A DNA stretch of 64,000 bases from Raillietiella orientalis (lineage: Eukaryota). The notes beneath the pieces were generated by a model. It made no database searches. It had not been told where the DNA came from and saw only the letters and a program-made list of their open reading frames with translations. The stretch spans positions 1,426,001-1,490,000 of the forward strand of contig JAYWIR010000038.1 in the NCBI GenBank assembly GCA_036172245.1. The letters run 5' to 3'. Position 1 is the first letter of the stretch. Every line of letters begins with the position of its first letter. The position numbers and the translations under genes are program-made. Positions 1 through 12,900 of this stretch are shown here, one piece after another.

Positions 1-144
1 CTTGCTGATCAATGGGCGCAGATTCTGCCATCAGACAACGCATGTACTCCCCTTTTCCCTTAGCAACAAGGACGGGGATTTATAAATGATCAAAAGTCGA
101 GATAGCGTGAGTACTGACATTGGGTACTGAGCATCGACTAGCGG

Positions 145-1186
145 ATCATTCATCTCCCCGGTTTCGGATCTGGGCTGGGAGGCTCCCTTCTGCCACTTTG
201 CAAAGTCCAATCACGAATACCGCAGCACCAATGCGTGTATAGTCCCTGTTAAATTTAGAATATTCGAGAAATAACGAAGAAATGCTGTAGAAATTAATTG
301 TGCAAAGTGTCCGTCCTGACTTCTAAACGAATTTACGTCGATCTAGGGCACTGCCAAAATAGGAGTTCCACGAAGTTATAGCGTTTTCCCACACTGTTTA
401 GTCAAACATGTGATACACATCTGATGGCACGATATCTCTAAGCTTCTTCATAAGTTTTGCCATCTTTGCCGTAATTTTAGTGCAGGCATTGGGAAGCATT
501 CTTTTGCAGTTTCTCCGTTTGCAATTTTGCTATGTGCTATCTATTATCGGGTGTTACTTTGGTGAAATCCCTGGCCCTAACGTCAAGTTTGGAGATGCTG
601 ATTGTTTCCATTTCTGAAACTGCCAACAGTTCAATTCCTTCAGAAATGTGCATTCAATCTGAAATCAGGTTCAGCTTATCCCTGTGTTCACATGGTGCAG
701 AGAATCTCTTAAAACAATGCCTTCACAAATTTTGCCGACCCACCAAATTACAATCTTTGAGAAACCTTTGAACATATAATGATTCTTCACTAAAATAGCA
801 TGCAGCATCATTGGAAGGAGTTGCTGGACACCAAAAAAAAAAATAAAAAAAGGGTGAAAAACACAATATATTCCCTAATAAGAACTGAGAAGCATAGCAA
901 GGTTTGAAAAAAAGCCATGTAAAGAAATCAAATTATAAATGCTTGCTCTTCCCAGTCATCTTTGGCAAACTGTTGGGTGAAATTATGGGGCAGGATTTGC
1001 AAGTTATCTGGTCAGCTGAGGAAATCAATACTAAATTCGTTTACAGTTACAACACGAAATAGTTAGGAGTAACTAACAAGTTTGAAGATGCATTGACTTT
1101 AAGCCCAAAGCGCCTTTACAGGCACAAAAAGTTCTCCTGCACAATAGAAACCAACTTTCTCTCTCTATAAGTCTGGTCACTCTTGC
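145..1186 (-). other. Possible cluster of small spliced exons (unknown gene or spliced ncRNA/UTR)
   Basis: Series of minus-strand pyrimidine-tract acceptors (tttccacag at 1187, ttcctcag at 1016, t-run/gtccag at 824, gatttcag at 659, tttaacag at 246) and donors (gttagt 1077, gtgggt 743). Two of the implied introns are 62 and 85 nt. Pieces can be joined in frame (e.g. TPSNDAACYFSEESLYVQRFLKDCNL / IECTFLKELNCWQFQKWKQ), but one junction needs a GC donor and I do not recognise the product. Confidence 0.25.
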
Positions 1187-2119
1187 CTGTGGAAATGGAA
1201 ATACAAGGTAAAGCATGCAGGGATTTATTGATTTCATGTAATCAACTTTGACTTGCTTGCATAACAATTACTTTTTACATAAGCACCTTTTTCCTGAGAA
1301 AGAAAGCTATGATATTGTGCTCTTGAACATTCTGGATCCTTAGGTAATGCTTCCTGCAATACATGAAACTTTCAACTATACTGAGTGCACTGTCAATCCA
1401 AAGTCATGTTCATAGAACTCCATCTGTTTCCATGATTCTACGGTTTCCACTTTGACATGTTTTCAACATCTGAATGCTTTTTCCCTTTGTATAAAGTTTC
1501 TGGGGAAAATGTGGACAGAAAACTTTATGTAAAAAGCATAATGTGGAAAGGCCAAAAAGTATCAATGTAAGAAATATGAACAAATACAAGCAATAAGTTT
1601 AAAGGCTGGATTCTTCGACTGATGAATGCTTTATTTAAAGAGAATGATACTTGCAAAATAGGATTTGCAAAGTATCAGAAAATAACAAAATTGGAGGCAT
1701 ATAAATTTCATCACCAAGTTCAATACTATATACAATGATCAATTCTGTACATACACCATTACATAATCACTCTATAGTACTTTTTTGAAGAATGACAACA
1801 GGTACAAAATAAAGCATGTACATATCATACATATACTACACATGTTATATCTGATGGATTACACATATTAGGTGCAAATTGAGTAAGACATCTGGAGGGC
1901 AAATCCAGGTGCATGTAAGGGAATTCCATTTCTAAAGAACATTCTTTTGGTTGATGATACACTTCCTGAACTCTAAATAAAATCCAGTTTCCAAACAGCG
2001 GACCTAAGTAATTGAAAGCTGAAATTGCACCTGATTAGTGGCAAGCAGATCTGAATCCAGCAACTGGATAGCTAAGCTTACTAACATTTCATTAGTTGCA
2101 ACCCCACATGATATGAAGT

Positions 2120-2677
2120 TCAATGGTTATACATTCCATCAACAAAAAATTCCATTCGATCATATTGTCTTTTGCACCATAATTCACGTGCTTTCTTGAA
2201 ACCATAAGTCACTAAAATGATTGCTACCATCACACCCATCACAGACAAAGCTAATAGGGGCACAACAATATCACTATTTAGCTGGTGGTCCACTGCATTT
2301 CCTAAGCTTTGCATATTAAGGTTAGATTTAGGATTTGGATTAGAAGCATGAGTAATAGAATGAACTACATAAAGTGCGCTTTCATCAGCTGAGTTTACAG
2401 AAGCTTCCACATGCTTACGAGGTGACACTCCTTTACCATCATGTTTGTTGCTACTTGACAAATGCTTAAGCACATCAAAATTATCCGATGGGTCTGAAGA
2501 GATTCCTGTTTCAATTTTTTGTTCAGTTTGCAAAGTTTCATTAGTTTGTTTCTGTACACCTTTTTTGGGCACCACAGATCTTGATTTTATTTTGTCATCG
2601 CTATGATTGTACAAAATAACTGAATTTGAGAAAAACAAAACACATAAGCAAAAAGAATGTCCCAGATTCACTGCCAT
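2120..2677 (-). CDS. Type I single-pass membrane protein, MANSC1/C11orf24-like cytoplasmic tail
   Basis: 185-aa ATG-started ORF: hydrophobic N-terminal signal, low-complexity S/T/N-rich ectodomain, one TM (IVVPLLALSVMGVMVAIILVTYGF), basic stop-transfer, and tail KRQYDRMEFFVDGMYNH. The tail resembles the Y-x-x-x-D-Y-L-I-N-G-M/I-Y tail of MANSC1/C11orf24. AT-rich 3'UTR with minus-strand AATAAA near 1630 and 1224. Confidence 0.8.
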   Translation of the reverse strand: MAVNLGHSFCLCVLFFSNSVILYNHSDDKIKSRSVVPKKGVQKQTNETLQTEQKIETGISSDPSDNFDVLKHLSSSNKHDGKGVSPRKHVEASVNSADESALYVVHSITHASNPNPKSNLNMQSLGNAVDHQLNSDIVVPLLALSVMGVMVAIILVTYGFKKARELWCKRQYDRMEFFVDGMYNH

Positions 2678-2722
2678 GTCTTCATTCTGTTTCAGTATGC
2701 ACTTTCACATTAACATACCGCA

Positions 2723-2997
2723 CTGAAACAAGATCAAATGCATTAGACACTCTGCTGTTATTCTATAATCACATCAATCTGCATAATTTGAAAGAGAGGA
2801 GAGTGTTTTGCAAGCATACAGTGCAACGATCACTAAAATTCGTACGAACCCAAACTACTTATGGCCGTGAAGCTAATTTGCGTCGTTATTATGAATTTCA
2901 ATGTACTCAAAACACACGGTACCTAGAGGCCACTTGATTTACAAGAAATCTTACAATGTACCACACCGGTGTCTCGAATGCACTTTACGTTCCTTAC
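2723..2997 (-). other. Putative 5'UTR intron of the 2120-2677 gene
   Basis: Minus-strand donor CGG|GTAAGG at 2997 and acceptor gatcttgtttcag| at 2723, 45 nt upstream of the ATG. Confidence 0.4.
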
Positions 2998-3999
2998 CCG
3001 GAAACAAATGTGGGCCCGATAGATTCACCATTCACAATGAAAAAGAAAAAGAGAAAAAGCAGTGAAACTGAAACCAAGGCCACACCGCCTGCTTGCTGTG
3101 TTCTTCGTGTAGTCTTAACGGCTCCGTACACCGATCACAACAAACGCACATTCGCGATGTACATTGCATTTCACATGGAGAATTCGATCACATTCCAAAA
3201 ACAAAATTAAAAAAAGGGGGGGGGGGTTCCCTTTTTTTTTCCCTCTTGGCCAAACAGAATACGTTTTCGAAAAAATGAACACCGCACGAATGTGCTTGGA
3301 GAACCAGTAAAGGACACGCAGTTACTGTACAGCGAGGAAATATTTCAACGGTACATTCAGTTTTCTGATTTATTCCGACGTCGCGTTATTCATTTGCTTC
3401 AGACAAAACAAATCAGCTTAATTACTATTTCTAATCGCGAATCTTGCCATTTGAATTCCATGCATTTTGCATTTCCCGATAAAGTCCGGGGAAGGAATGC
3501 ACACGGGAAAAAAATGTACTTTCACGTACGATGAAACTTGCTGCAACACGCGAGGGAAACTTGTTGAATCCGGCAAAAAATATATGCACACACATATACC
3601 TTAATTGTACAGTCACAAACGAATTGCATCTAAAATTACGTGTAATTCTCACGGATTACGTGAAGCTGCTCCGGTGAAAGTTCAACGGTTGGCACATTTC
3701 TTCCCCATATCCACCAAACTTTTTTGATCAGCTAACGATCATGGAAATGACGTAAAGTTTCGAGTAGTTTCATAAAAAACTCCAAAGCCTTTGAACTGGA
3801 ATGCTTTGCTTCATCACAAATCAATCCCTCAGTGATGAATCCCAAGACTTGATGGGGACGTCTGAACCCCTCGAATACCCAGTCTGCTGCTACCAAAGAG
3901 CTCGAAGTCCCACTAGGATCGTGGCCGTGGTCAGCGTCCAAGAAACCTGAAACCTAGCAGGGGGTCAAGAGGGAACAAGAAAAATCTGCCAATGGAAAG

Positions 4000-6400
4000 A
4001 AAAACAATTTCGAAAAAAATGCATGCATGCTGGATTTCTTGAAGCACGAAGCTGAAGTTTAAACACGAGCTCACAAAACGGGTTAAATGGCTTTTGAACT
4101 TTGGCAATCCTGGAATTCTAATAAAGGATTACAGGTAGGACTGCTTTACGGTACTTGTAGGTCTCCGAAGATGACGACCTAATTATTCGACTAAGGTGGA
4201 AACTTCAGGAATTCCGAGGTTTCATGCTTTTCCTGATTCTAGGTGACGGTGCTTCCCATTCTACACCTATTTTTTCAGATGGCTGCATTGGCATCGACCA
4301 GCTATTTGAATATCCTTTGAATCACTGCTTCGACTTGCATCTATTCTCACTCTCTTAAGAGAAGCTTTGTTAAGTAAGCTAGACTTTAGAATGGAAAAAT
4401 TCTAGAGGGGCAAACTTGCATTGTGGATAATTGCTCTTTTGTAAACTCTGTAATTTTCAATAGAATCGAAGAGATGAACTGGAAGATAATGTCTGATACG
4501 ATGATGTGATTCTAACATCGGATGAGCAGAGTCAAAATACGCGAATGTTGGAAATTTTGGAAGAATCCGGGAAGGTTTCTGGACTGGGATTGATGATGGG
4601 AGATTTGTAGGAAAGATGAGCACGAAGGAATGACATAGTTAGGATGATAAAACGAGAGGGATAAATACTGTCTGTTTACATATCGCCAGGAGCGTGTTGT
4701 TTTGGAGATTGAGAACTGATTGCGAGAGTATATGGAAGGAAAGATGATGGCAGCTCTCCTGCAAAGAGTAGACAGATAAGCTGAAGCAGTCTATTTAACT
4801 GAAGACATCATCACATGATTTGAGCTTAAACAGTACCAAGCTAGACTGGCTTCTGTCTTATTCTGTTTTACGTAATGATTTTTTTCTTTTTCATACAGAT
4901 CGAAAAGCCGAACCATTGCCCGATTTTGAAACTTATTTTAAATAAATTTTCAATTGGCTAATGATGGCACAAGAACTGCTCCAGATGCCAGTGTGATGTT
5001 GGTTGGCTTAGAGATTTTAACCAAGACTCTGGTAATTCGTGGAATCTATTAGAGTATTAGTGTGCTAAATACCACTAGGGTTTCCGGTAAATACTTTGAA
5101 GTTCTTTATTGGAGATCAACGCGAGCTGCTTCACAATAACAAGTCTGGCTACAGATGGGTCCTGTGATTTTACTTAAGATCAGGCTGAGGATGCGAGTAG
5201 TATTCCAAGAGAATGAGGATGAAACCGGAGATTAAAAGGTTTAACACCATTTGTGTGCGTGAATCGTGAAGATGCTCATGTGGAGCCTCGATGCAGTTTA
5301 GAAACAGAGGAAGGGTGTACATTTGTACAGTCTGTTAAACGATATGTTCATCATTGTTGCCACGGAAACGTGATTTGTGGAGGGAGCGGTACGGACGAAG
5401 ATGAGAGAGAGGGTTAGGGAACTGGTTAGCTTTTTGTAGGGTAGGAAGAGTGCTGATGTCAATTGCGAAGAGATGGGCAAACTCAACGGTTGGTTCAGAA
5501 TTTTCAGAAGCGACACGGACTGGGGTCAAGGCGGGACGTGACTCATGTTATGTAGAGGTTCAGTAGCAGTTGATTATTTACGGGTGCGAGGGATGTGATT
5601 CCGGAGTTTATTTGCACGTGTGCAATTCTATAATGAAGGCAGGTCGTTCCACGATTTGGTTGTGATGAATCAATGTGCTGAGGTCCCATTTTGTTTTTCA
5701 TCTTCCGTGTTTTGCTGGGAGGTATGGAACAGTTACGCCCCAGTTATCAGTAAATGAAAAATCGGTCACGAATGTGCATGTTAATGCTGGATATTAATGG
5801 GATGTTTTTCGATGGTGGTATGAGGCACGAAAAGAGGAAATGCCTCAACTAATTTTCTTTTGGAAAATCCCTGCTTTATTTGAGCCGTTAGGATTGTGAC
5901 TTGTGATGGCTGCACAGTGGGAAGAACCAGAGTAAGAAAAAAGTCATTTGCCTGATGGGTAAGAGACGGTAGCAATAACTTGGGTTTCTCAGCATCTTAG
6001 GATTGGAAAACGGCAGCACGGTGAAGACGCAATGTTTGGAAAATAATGCTATAGGAGAAACGGACGGATTTCTAATTTTTGATGCTTATAAGCAGATTAA
6101 AAGCTTCAATTTTACTGGGAATGGAGCAGAAGATAATGTGCAGAATGAAACATTCTGGTTGAAGATGGATGAAATGTAGAGAGAAGAATCGGCTACGATT
6201 TGCATTGGAGGAGCCGTGTTCTCGTAAGAATGAGATCATGTTATGGCTGGTGAAGGCATTGCAGAAATAAGTTGTGTTGGCAGATCGAAATGTGAAATTT
6301 GCCTTCAGGAGGGTACACATCTTAGAATGGAGTCGCCACTGGGGCAGTGAAAAATACTAAGCCAGGTATTAGGTTGGAGGTATTTTTGTGTGCATGGGAG
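4000..6400 (-). mobile_element. Highly decayed L1/Tx1-clade LINE ORF2
   Basis: Interrupted minus-strand peptides in L1-like order: LKANFTFRS (late endonuclease), LPTVQPSQVTILTAQI, LIHHNQ (cf. IHxDQ), SKYL (cf. KYLG), VVIFGDL. Many stops and frameshifts. Confidence 0.45.
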
Positions 6401-7449
6401 ATGTGAGGGTGTTGCTTTTGGTCATGCATTTCACTCTTCCGACTCTCGCTGCTAGTTGGTGTACTCCTCACAAGATCTCGACTCGGCTCTCTAGGTTTTA
6501 TCTCTATTTCCGCTTTCTTTCCTCAGCGGCTTCTCATTCTCCTTCAATTTCGGCATCCTCCCGGCCACTGGATCTGCAAGTCGAACATTTCTGTGTTTTT
6601 ACGAGTTTCCGTTCGTTTTTAATTCCCAGCTAGCAAAGGTGTTGCCTATCTGCCTGTTGATGCCAAGTGATGGCATGAGCGACCAAACATGGATGGCAAT
6701 TTCTTCATCGCAACTCGTGGTGTGTCACTTGGCTTGGATGGACTCAAAAAGGTGTTCACAGCTTACCTAGTTTCTATGAACGCTAGATTTCTATGATTGC
6801 AATATTATTAGCCTTCATTAAGATAACTTGCTAATTACGCTATTTTTGTATGCATGATCTATTATATACTTCGAACCTCTGCACTTTGCTCTCGTCAATT
6901 ACACACTACAATACATATTAATTTAATAAGCATCGGTCAGGCCGCTAATTAGCCGAGGTAATGTATGACTAACATCGATAGTATATTAATCCAGAATTGC
7001 TGCAAAATATGTAGCATTCAGTCGAACCGTCTTTTGCGCCTCCTTGTTTACTAGTATTGGAATCATTTCATGAGTGTTGGGATTACATATTGGGCGTAGG
7101 AAGGATTCTTATCGTGGGGTATGAAGCTGAAAACCGGATGACACGGAATGTGGATCTCTCCCGGTGCCTGGACATCCATGCCGAAGATTCAAACACCGGA
7201 AACGGGAACAATAAAATGAGATTGCAAGGACGACTGATTAAGTAGAAAGCGGATTGGCATGAACGATTTTTGAGAGGAGCTGGAGAAGTGCGTGAAACAT
7301 TCCTGTCAAGTGATTCCAGATTAGAATGTTGAGGTCAGAAAGGCTCCTTTTTGCTTTTCGAGATGAACTGGCTTCTAGTCCAGGGCATGGAAAGGCAAAA
7401 AATCTACTAAAACCGATGCTACAGTTTCAGAAAGTATAAGAAGCTGAGT

Positions 7450-9300
7450 GTGTAGGAGTGAGTTTTAGCAGAAGATGCTACTAGCGATTCTATTGTACAC
7501 GTTGATGCGTGAGAAACAGATTCCACACGAGTCTCAGGAAGCCCGAAATGGCACCCCATATACCAGCAATTTCCCCCTCTCTCCCGAAATGCTCCAACCA
7601 ACGTCACTCCCTTCACTTCTAACGTTTCCTCTAACATCCTCCCAATCGGTTCCAAATCTCTTAGAAAACGGATTACACCTACCAAAACAAAACAAAGCTC
7701 TCAAAGCTGCTTACACAAACATGCAAACTCCAGTTCCGAAAAGTTTCCTTTGAAAACCCCACGATGTGACAGTCGCAACCGTAGGAATTATCCCACCATC
7801 AAAACAACACACCATGCATGAGATCTCCATGTCACTAAAAATCACCGTCGCCAACCCCAAACATCAAACATCACCTGACTTCTCCATGCTTGTCTTCCCA
7901 TGATTCCCTGATGCCAAGATGGCCGCGGAAAAAGTCCAGATGCCTGGTTGCGCCACCGAGTTCGCTGCCGCGCAACACACCTCCTTGAGGACCGAGCTAA
8001 GGGACATTGGTCCCTCATTGCGAGGTGTGATGGATGAAACGGGCGCGGAACAGGGAATTTCGGGAACGTTTCTTTTTCCATTTTTCATTCAGTGCAGTAG
8101 ACCTCCAAGCAAATTGCAAATGCGCGATGCTGAGGTGTACCAAGTGCAACGGATTTCTTCCTCAGAAACACCGTAGTGATTCTCTGGAAGGGTTTCGAGA
8201 AAGAGCGTTGCATATCGTTCCTACCTACCTTTCTTTGGCCACAGAGCAACGCAGGCATTTCTCATCCGAGAAGCTGTTTCATCTCTACCGTATTCTGTTT
8301 GAGTGGGTGAGTTATCTTCACTCTGGTGGATCAAAGGCATCCAAACCTCAAACGCAAAAGCCATGCGACAGTTATCCTAAATGAAAGGCAAGATGGAAAA
8401 TGCATATGCATTTCCATGGAAGCAACTTATCGTGGTCATCAAACTGCAGAACAGAAGAGTGCAGCCAAAGAAGGAACACGGAAAACGGTAATTTTTTCCA
8501 TCCTATGTAGCATCTTAATGATTGCTCGACTGAAGAATCGGAAACTGCTTCATGGATGTAGAAAACATCATCGTGATCACCACAGTCAATTTATTGAATT
8601 TTCTGGATGTCCTTGTATATTTGTTCGACCTTTATTCAGTGTTCATCCCATCCAGCGTGCTCCCATTTCGATAGAAATCTGCGTCGTCCTAGATGAGTCT
8701 AGTATCTAAATAGCAAATATTCTTGCCCAAGGTAAAGGAGGGAAAAGATCCCGGGATAAATAAGCTTAGAATCTTGAGGATCAGGGGTAGGTCTTAAAAC
8801 ATCCTATGAAATGAGATTTGCAGAGAGTGGTTCCAGAAAGTGCCAGTTTTGGGGATGTTCCACTCCCAAGAAAAGGCGTGACGAAGAAAAACCAACCGCA
8901 TGATGATGAGCATGAACCTGGGAAGCTGGGATTCATTGCTACTGGATACGGGCGAAGTTTCTTCCACAGTTTCTCCCACAGCCACTTCCTCAGCCGGATT
9001 TCCGGCTGAGGAAGTGGACTGGGTAGGTTATGATGTGGACGACTCCACCTGAACTGGAAAAGTGTGGTGGGGACATCAAGGTAACAGGAACTGCTATGTG
9101 TAAAAGCAATGAATTCTTCCATAGTTGCAGAGAACAGGAAATGGTTCTCTCTTAGAAGGGAAGAAGGCAAAACACACAAAAAACAAAAACTCACCCTTTG
9201 TACTAACGTGGCATCATCCCTCTCCTTAAATACATAGAAATCAATGATTGGAGACTGACCAGTTCTTGATGAGGATTGCAAACGGAATAGACTGGGGCTC
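7450..9300 (+). mobile_element. Decayed non-LTR retrotransposon fragment
   Basis: Knuckle-like RCTKCNGF at ~8130 and VPLPRKG (cf. IPIPKKG) at ~8860. No intact frame. Confidence 0.3.
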
Positions 9301-12099
9301 GTAAGAGATGCGAGGTCGCAGAGCTGTCATTTCATCCCAGAGAGTTTCGAACAGATTCTACTGTAGTGCTACTGGGAAGCCCGCACAAGAGTCAGGACTC
9401 CTTTTTCTCCGAAAAAAAAAAAGGAATACCAGAAAACAACTCTAGTGCTAGGTGATGTCGTGGTTTCTCTTGCTAGATATTTGGCAGCATTGGGTTCTGG
9501 GATGCTCAGGGCTAACTAGAGAGAGGTGAAGAGCGGCCACCGACCGCAGGTATTTTTAGTGACATGGAGACCTCTGTGGAATTCATGGTCTGTGCTGGCG
9601 CACAGAGTCCAGGTTGCTTCTAGTGACGTGTCACTCGCAGCTGCCTCAGCGAGATCGATGAAGACTCCAGACGGACCTACGCTTGCGCTGGAACCGGGCG
9701 GAAAGCAGCGGGAGGTCGAAGTGAAAGCGATGAATCCATCGGGCGAATGTTCTAGAACATTGCAGAAGGCGAAGAAACCGTAACTTTTTTTTTTTAAGCG
9801 GAAGGGGAGGGGGCAGGTTCGCATGGGATAGAAGGAGACGAAGCCATCTGGTCTAAACCCTTCACTCGACGTTCCAAGAGTTTCTCTTCGAGGAAGATAA
9901 TGCTTTACTCGCCTGGAGAGGAGCCACAGCTCGGTTTCCAGGATCTTCCTGCGAGTGGAACCCGTCTCGTTGCAACCACGAAGGAGGGGCCGTGGAAAAC
10001 CCTTTCTTCGTTCCGTTTGAGACGGGAAATTCCTAGGAGATCACGACCTAGTGGCAACGAGGTGTTTCGAATCCGCAGCGGCGGTAGCACGACCGTTCTA
10101 GGCTGTTGTCCTCTCGAGTTCAGATGCCACCATCAGGAATAAACCAAGGGATATTCAGTCAGGGGATGAATCGGTGGCTTCCGCAGAAGGAACTTTGCTT
10201 TTTTCTCCAAGTTCTTGGGAGAAAAGTTCGTTGCACGTTTTCCCCCCTCATGAGGAGGTGAGACCTCGGTGGAGAAGCGGAATGCGACAGAAGCTGGATG
10301 TGACTGATCACGTGACTGGGGTCACACGAGCCATGCAGTGACGAGGACCGCAGAGTGAGAGTGTGGTTGGCCTCCAGGTTCATGACGCGACAGCAACGTG
10401 AGAGCGGAGATCATTTTGAAACTCGCGGAAGCGTTCGGGAGCGGAGGAGGGCCGGAGACGATGGAAGGAATCACACCGAGGTCCCAGTCCAGTTCTAAAC
10501 TCTTCCTCCTCTCTGCGCTCGCCAGCAAGAATGCTCACATTCACATTCACTGACCGGATTCACAGTTGATCCCTTTGCCGTTCTGCTCGCATCGACCTTT
10601 CTGCACAGAGGCTGGCGAGTGCATCTCTCAAAGCAGTGGGCAGCTCATCATTCATGGTCAAGGGAAGCCGCTTTTCCAGATCGGTTTCCCTTTTCGAAGC
10701 TTCAATCTGGAAAGATCAAAGAAAGAAGTTCTGATTGCCGTTTCCCTGATGGTCTGCGAAAAAGAGTAGCTCGGAAAACGATCCGTTTCTCGCTGGGTCA
10801 GAAATGCGAGGGTTCTGCGACGAATCCCTGGTCAACGGGATACTGGGGCTACGTCCTTCATCACTGCCCTTGAAAAGTTCTTCCATAACTCTCGTGTGTC
10901 CACCTGTTAAGGGTAGTGGACTTTACGACTTCCGTTTTGATCGAATCTCTTGATCGTCCTTCCACTCGACTCGAGACAGTGCCTTCTGGAAAATTCCTTC
11001 TACAAATCTTCCAATAAGGAATCTGCTATCAGTTGCTTGCATGTGCGCCACACGATGCATATTTGGCCAGCTCTGGAACGGTTCAGTGTTCCTGTGTGGA
11101 TGAAAAAGAACCTGGAGAGGTACTGCTGAAGTCACGGATGGATAGAGCACACATTCGGAGTATCCTTGTGATCCGAGTCATTGGTTGACAGCAGATTTGG
11201 TCGCAGGGGAGAGGGAGGGCATTTGCTATCAATTAGGTAAAGAACGTGCCGTAGGGGGCTGTGCTCGAAAAGAGCATGAAAGAGACGACAGCGATTCAGA
11301 TGAATTCAACGCTTTTGTGTGGCACGTGAGGTACACTCGGACTTGGTAGGCTTTTGCTGATAACAACACATTCAGACAAGGTTTTTAGAATCCTCCAGAG
11401 AATGCAGGGATCGTCTGTGATTCCTTCCTCACCCCTTTCACACACTCACATACACACAAGAATCATTTTTTTTCATTTCTTTCTTTCTTTTTTTTTTTTT
11501 TGAGATGGAAGCATATTTTATAGTGAGCAATTAACAATCGGTGGGGATCTTCGGCTAAGTACGCCTACCAATGCCACTGTAAAGAGTGCTCCAGATTGGC
11601 ACGCAAATGTTAGTTTGCAAGGTCCAACATTTGAATCAAGGACTAGTCTTCGCACTCTTCCACCTCCGTGGTAGAACGCTCAAACTCCCGAAAATCCTTC
11701 ATGAAAAAATTGACGATTCTTGAACCCAGGGTAAGAATTCCCTGTAAAGATACCCATCGAGCAAGTAGTGCGGTGTGTGTGAAACCGTTGCTCCACTAGA
11801 TTTGACAGCTTTGGAAGGTGCTTCCGGAGTAAAGAAAAGAAGGTTCTTGAGAATTCATGAAACCTGGAGCACGTGACGTGAAGCCCTCTTTCCTCAAAGT
11901 GGTTCTTTTCCTGGAAGCGGTAGTAGCACGTTTTTCTCCTTCTCTTCTTCCCTTTCCCACTGTTCTCGGAGCGGACCTGGCTGACCGGCTTTTCAGCACC
12001 TGCCCTCCGGTCGCTCAGACTTGGTAGGGACTAGGGCCCTGCTTCTCATTCTTAACTTTGCGTTGTTATTCGCGATACGAGCCCCGACACCACTGACGC

Positions 12100-12900
12100 C
12101 AGCAGGGTTTTAGCAGAATGCTTCCTAGGGATACCGCAGACTTCACCTGAGAACACGAATACCCCGGCAGCGATAGGGAGGTATTCTTTTATTCATTCCC
12201 TTTCGTTTTTCACAAATTCTGTGAAAAACTGATTTCATTCTGACGGCGGACGGATTCTCTGCCATCTCTCCGCAGACTGGGAGAGGCTGTGGTCTCTTCC
12301 TCCAGTCTTCCCCAGTCCGCGGGGGGACTTGCTTTACAGTCGGCAGTGACTCTACCGACACCCCTAATGAATATCTCGACGAGGCTGAACGATGAAACTC
12401 AGCATTCTCTTTCTCACGGCTTGGTTCCTCCTGGAACGTTTCCTGGCTTCTGTAATCTTGAGGCGAGTGCCCGTGCAGACCGCCGGACTATTTGGATGAC
12501 AACTAGAAGAGATCTGGTTAGGATAGGACGAGTCAGGCAAGACCTCCACCGTTGCTTAGTTCCAGGGAGTCTTTGGATTTCAAGAGGACCCGATTGATGA
12601 CCTAGAATAATGTTCTGTAAGTTTGACGACGCTCACAAAGCAGTTCTGTTTGATGAAATCTTCTTGATCACGCCTAAGGAGCGGCTTCCAGAATATGGCG
12701 AGCTTATCTATGGATGTTCTTCTGTGAGAATCCAGGCTTGTTGTCAGGGATTCAAATCCAGACCGCGAACAGGCCGCACTGCTTCTGTTCCAAACGTTTC
12801 TTCCCGATCACGAAGGATTCATCTCATTTTCTGCTAAGATGATGAAGGAGAAGATGGGGCATCTGGGATTGGTCTTCATAAAACCTACTGCCACCATTTA
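12100..12900 (+). mobile_element. Decayed L1/Tx1 LINE 3' fragment
   Basis: SLPQSAGGLAL (LPxxxGGLG motif) at ~12305 and IHLIFC (zf-RVT-like HLLxxC) at ~12820. Confidence 0.4.
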
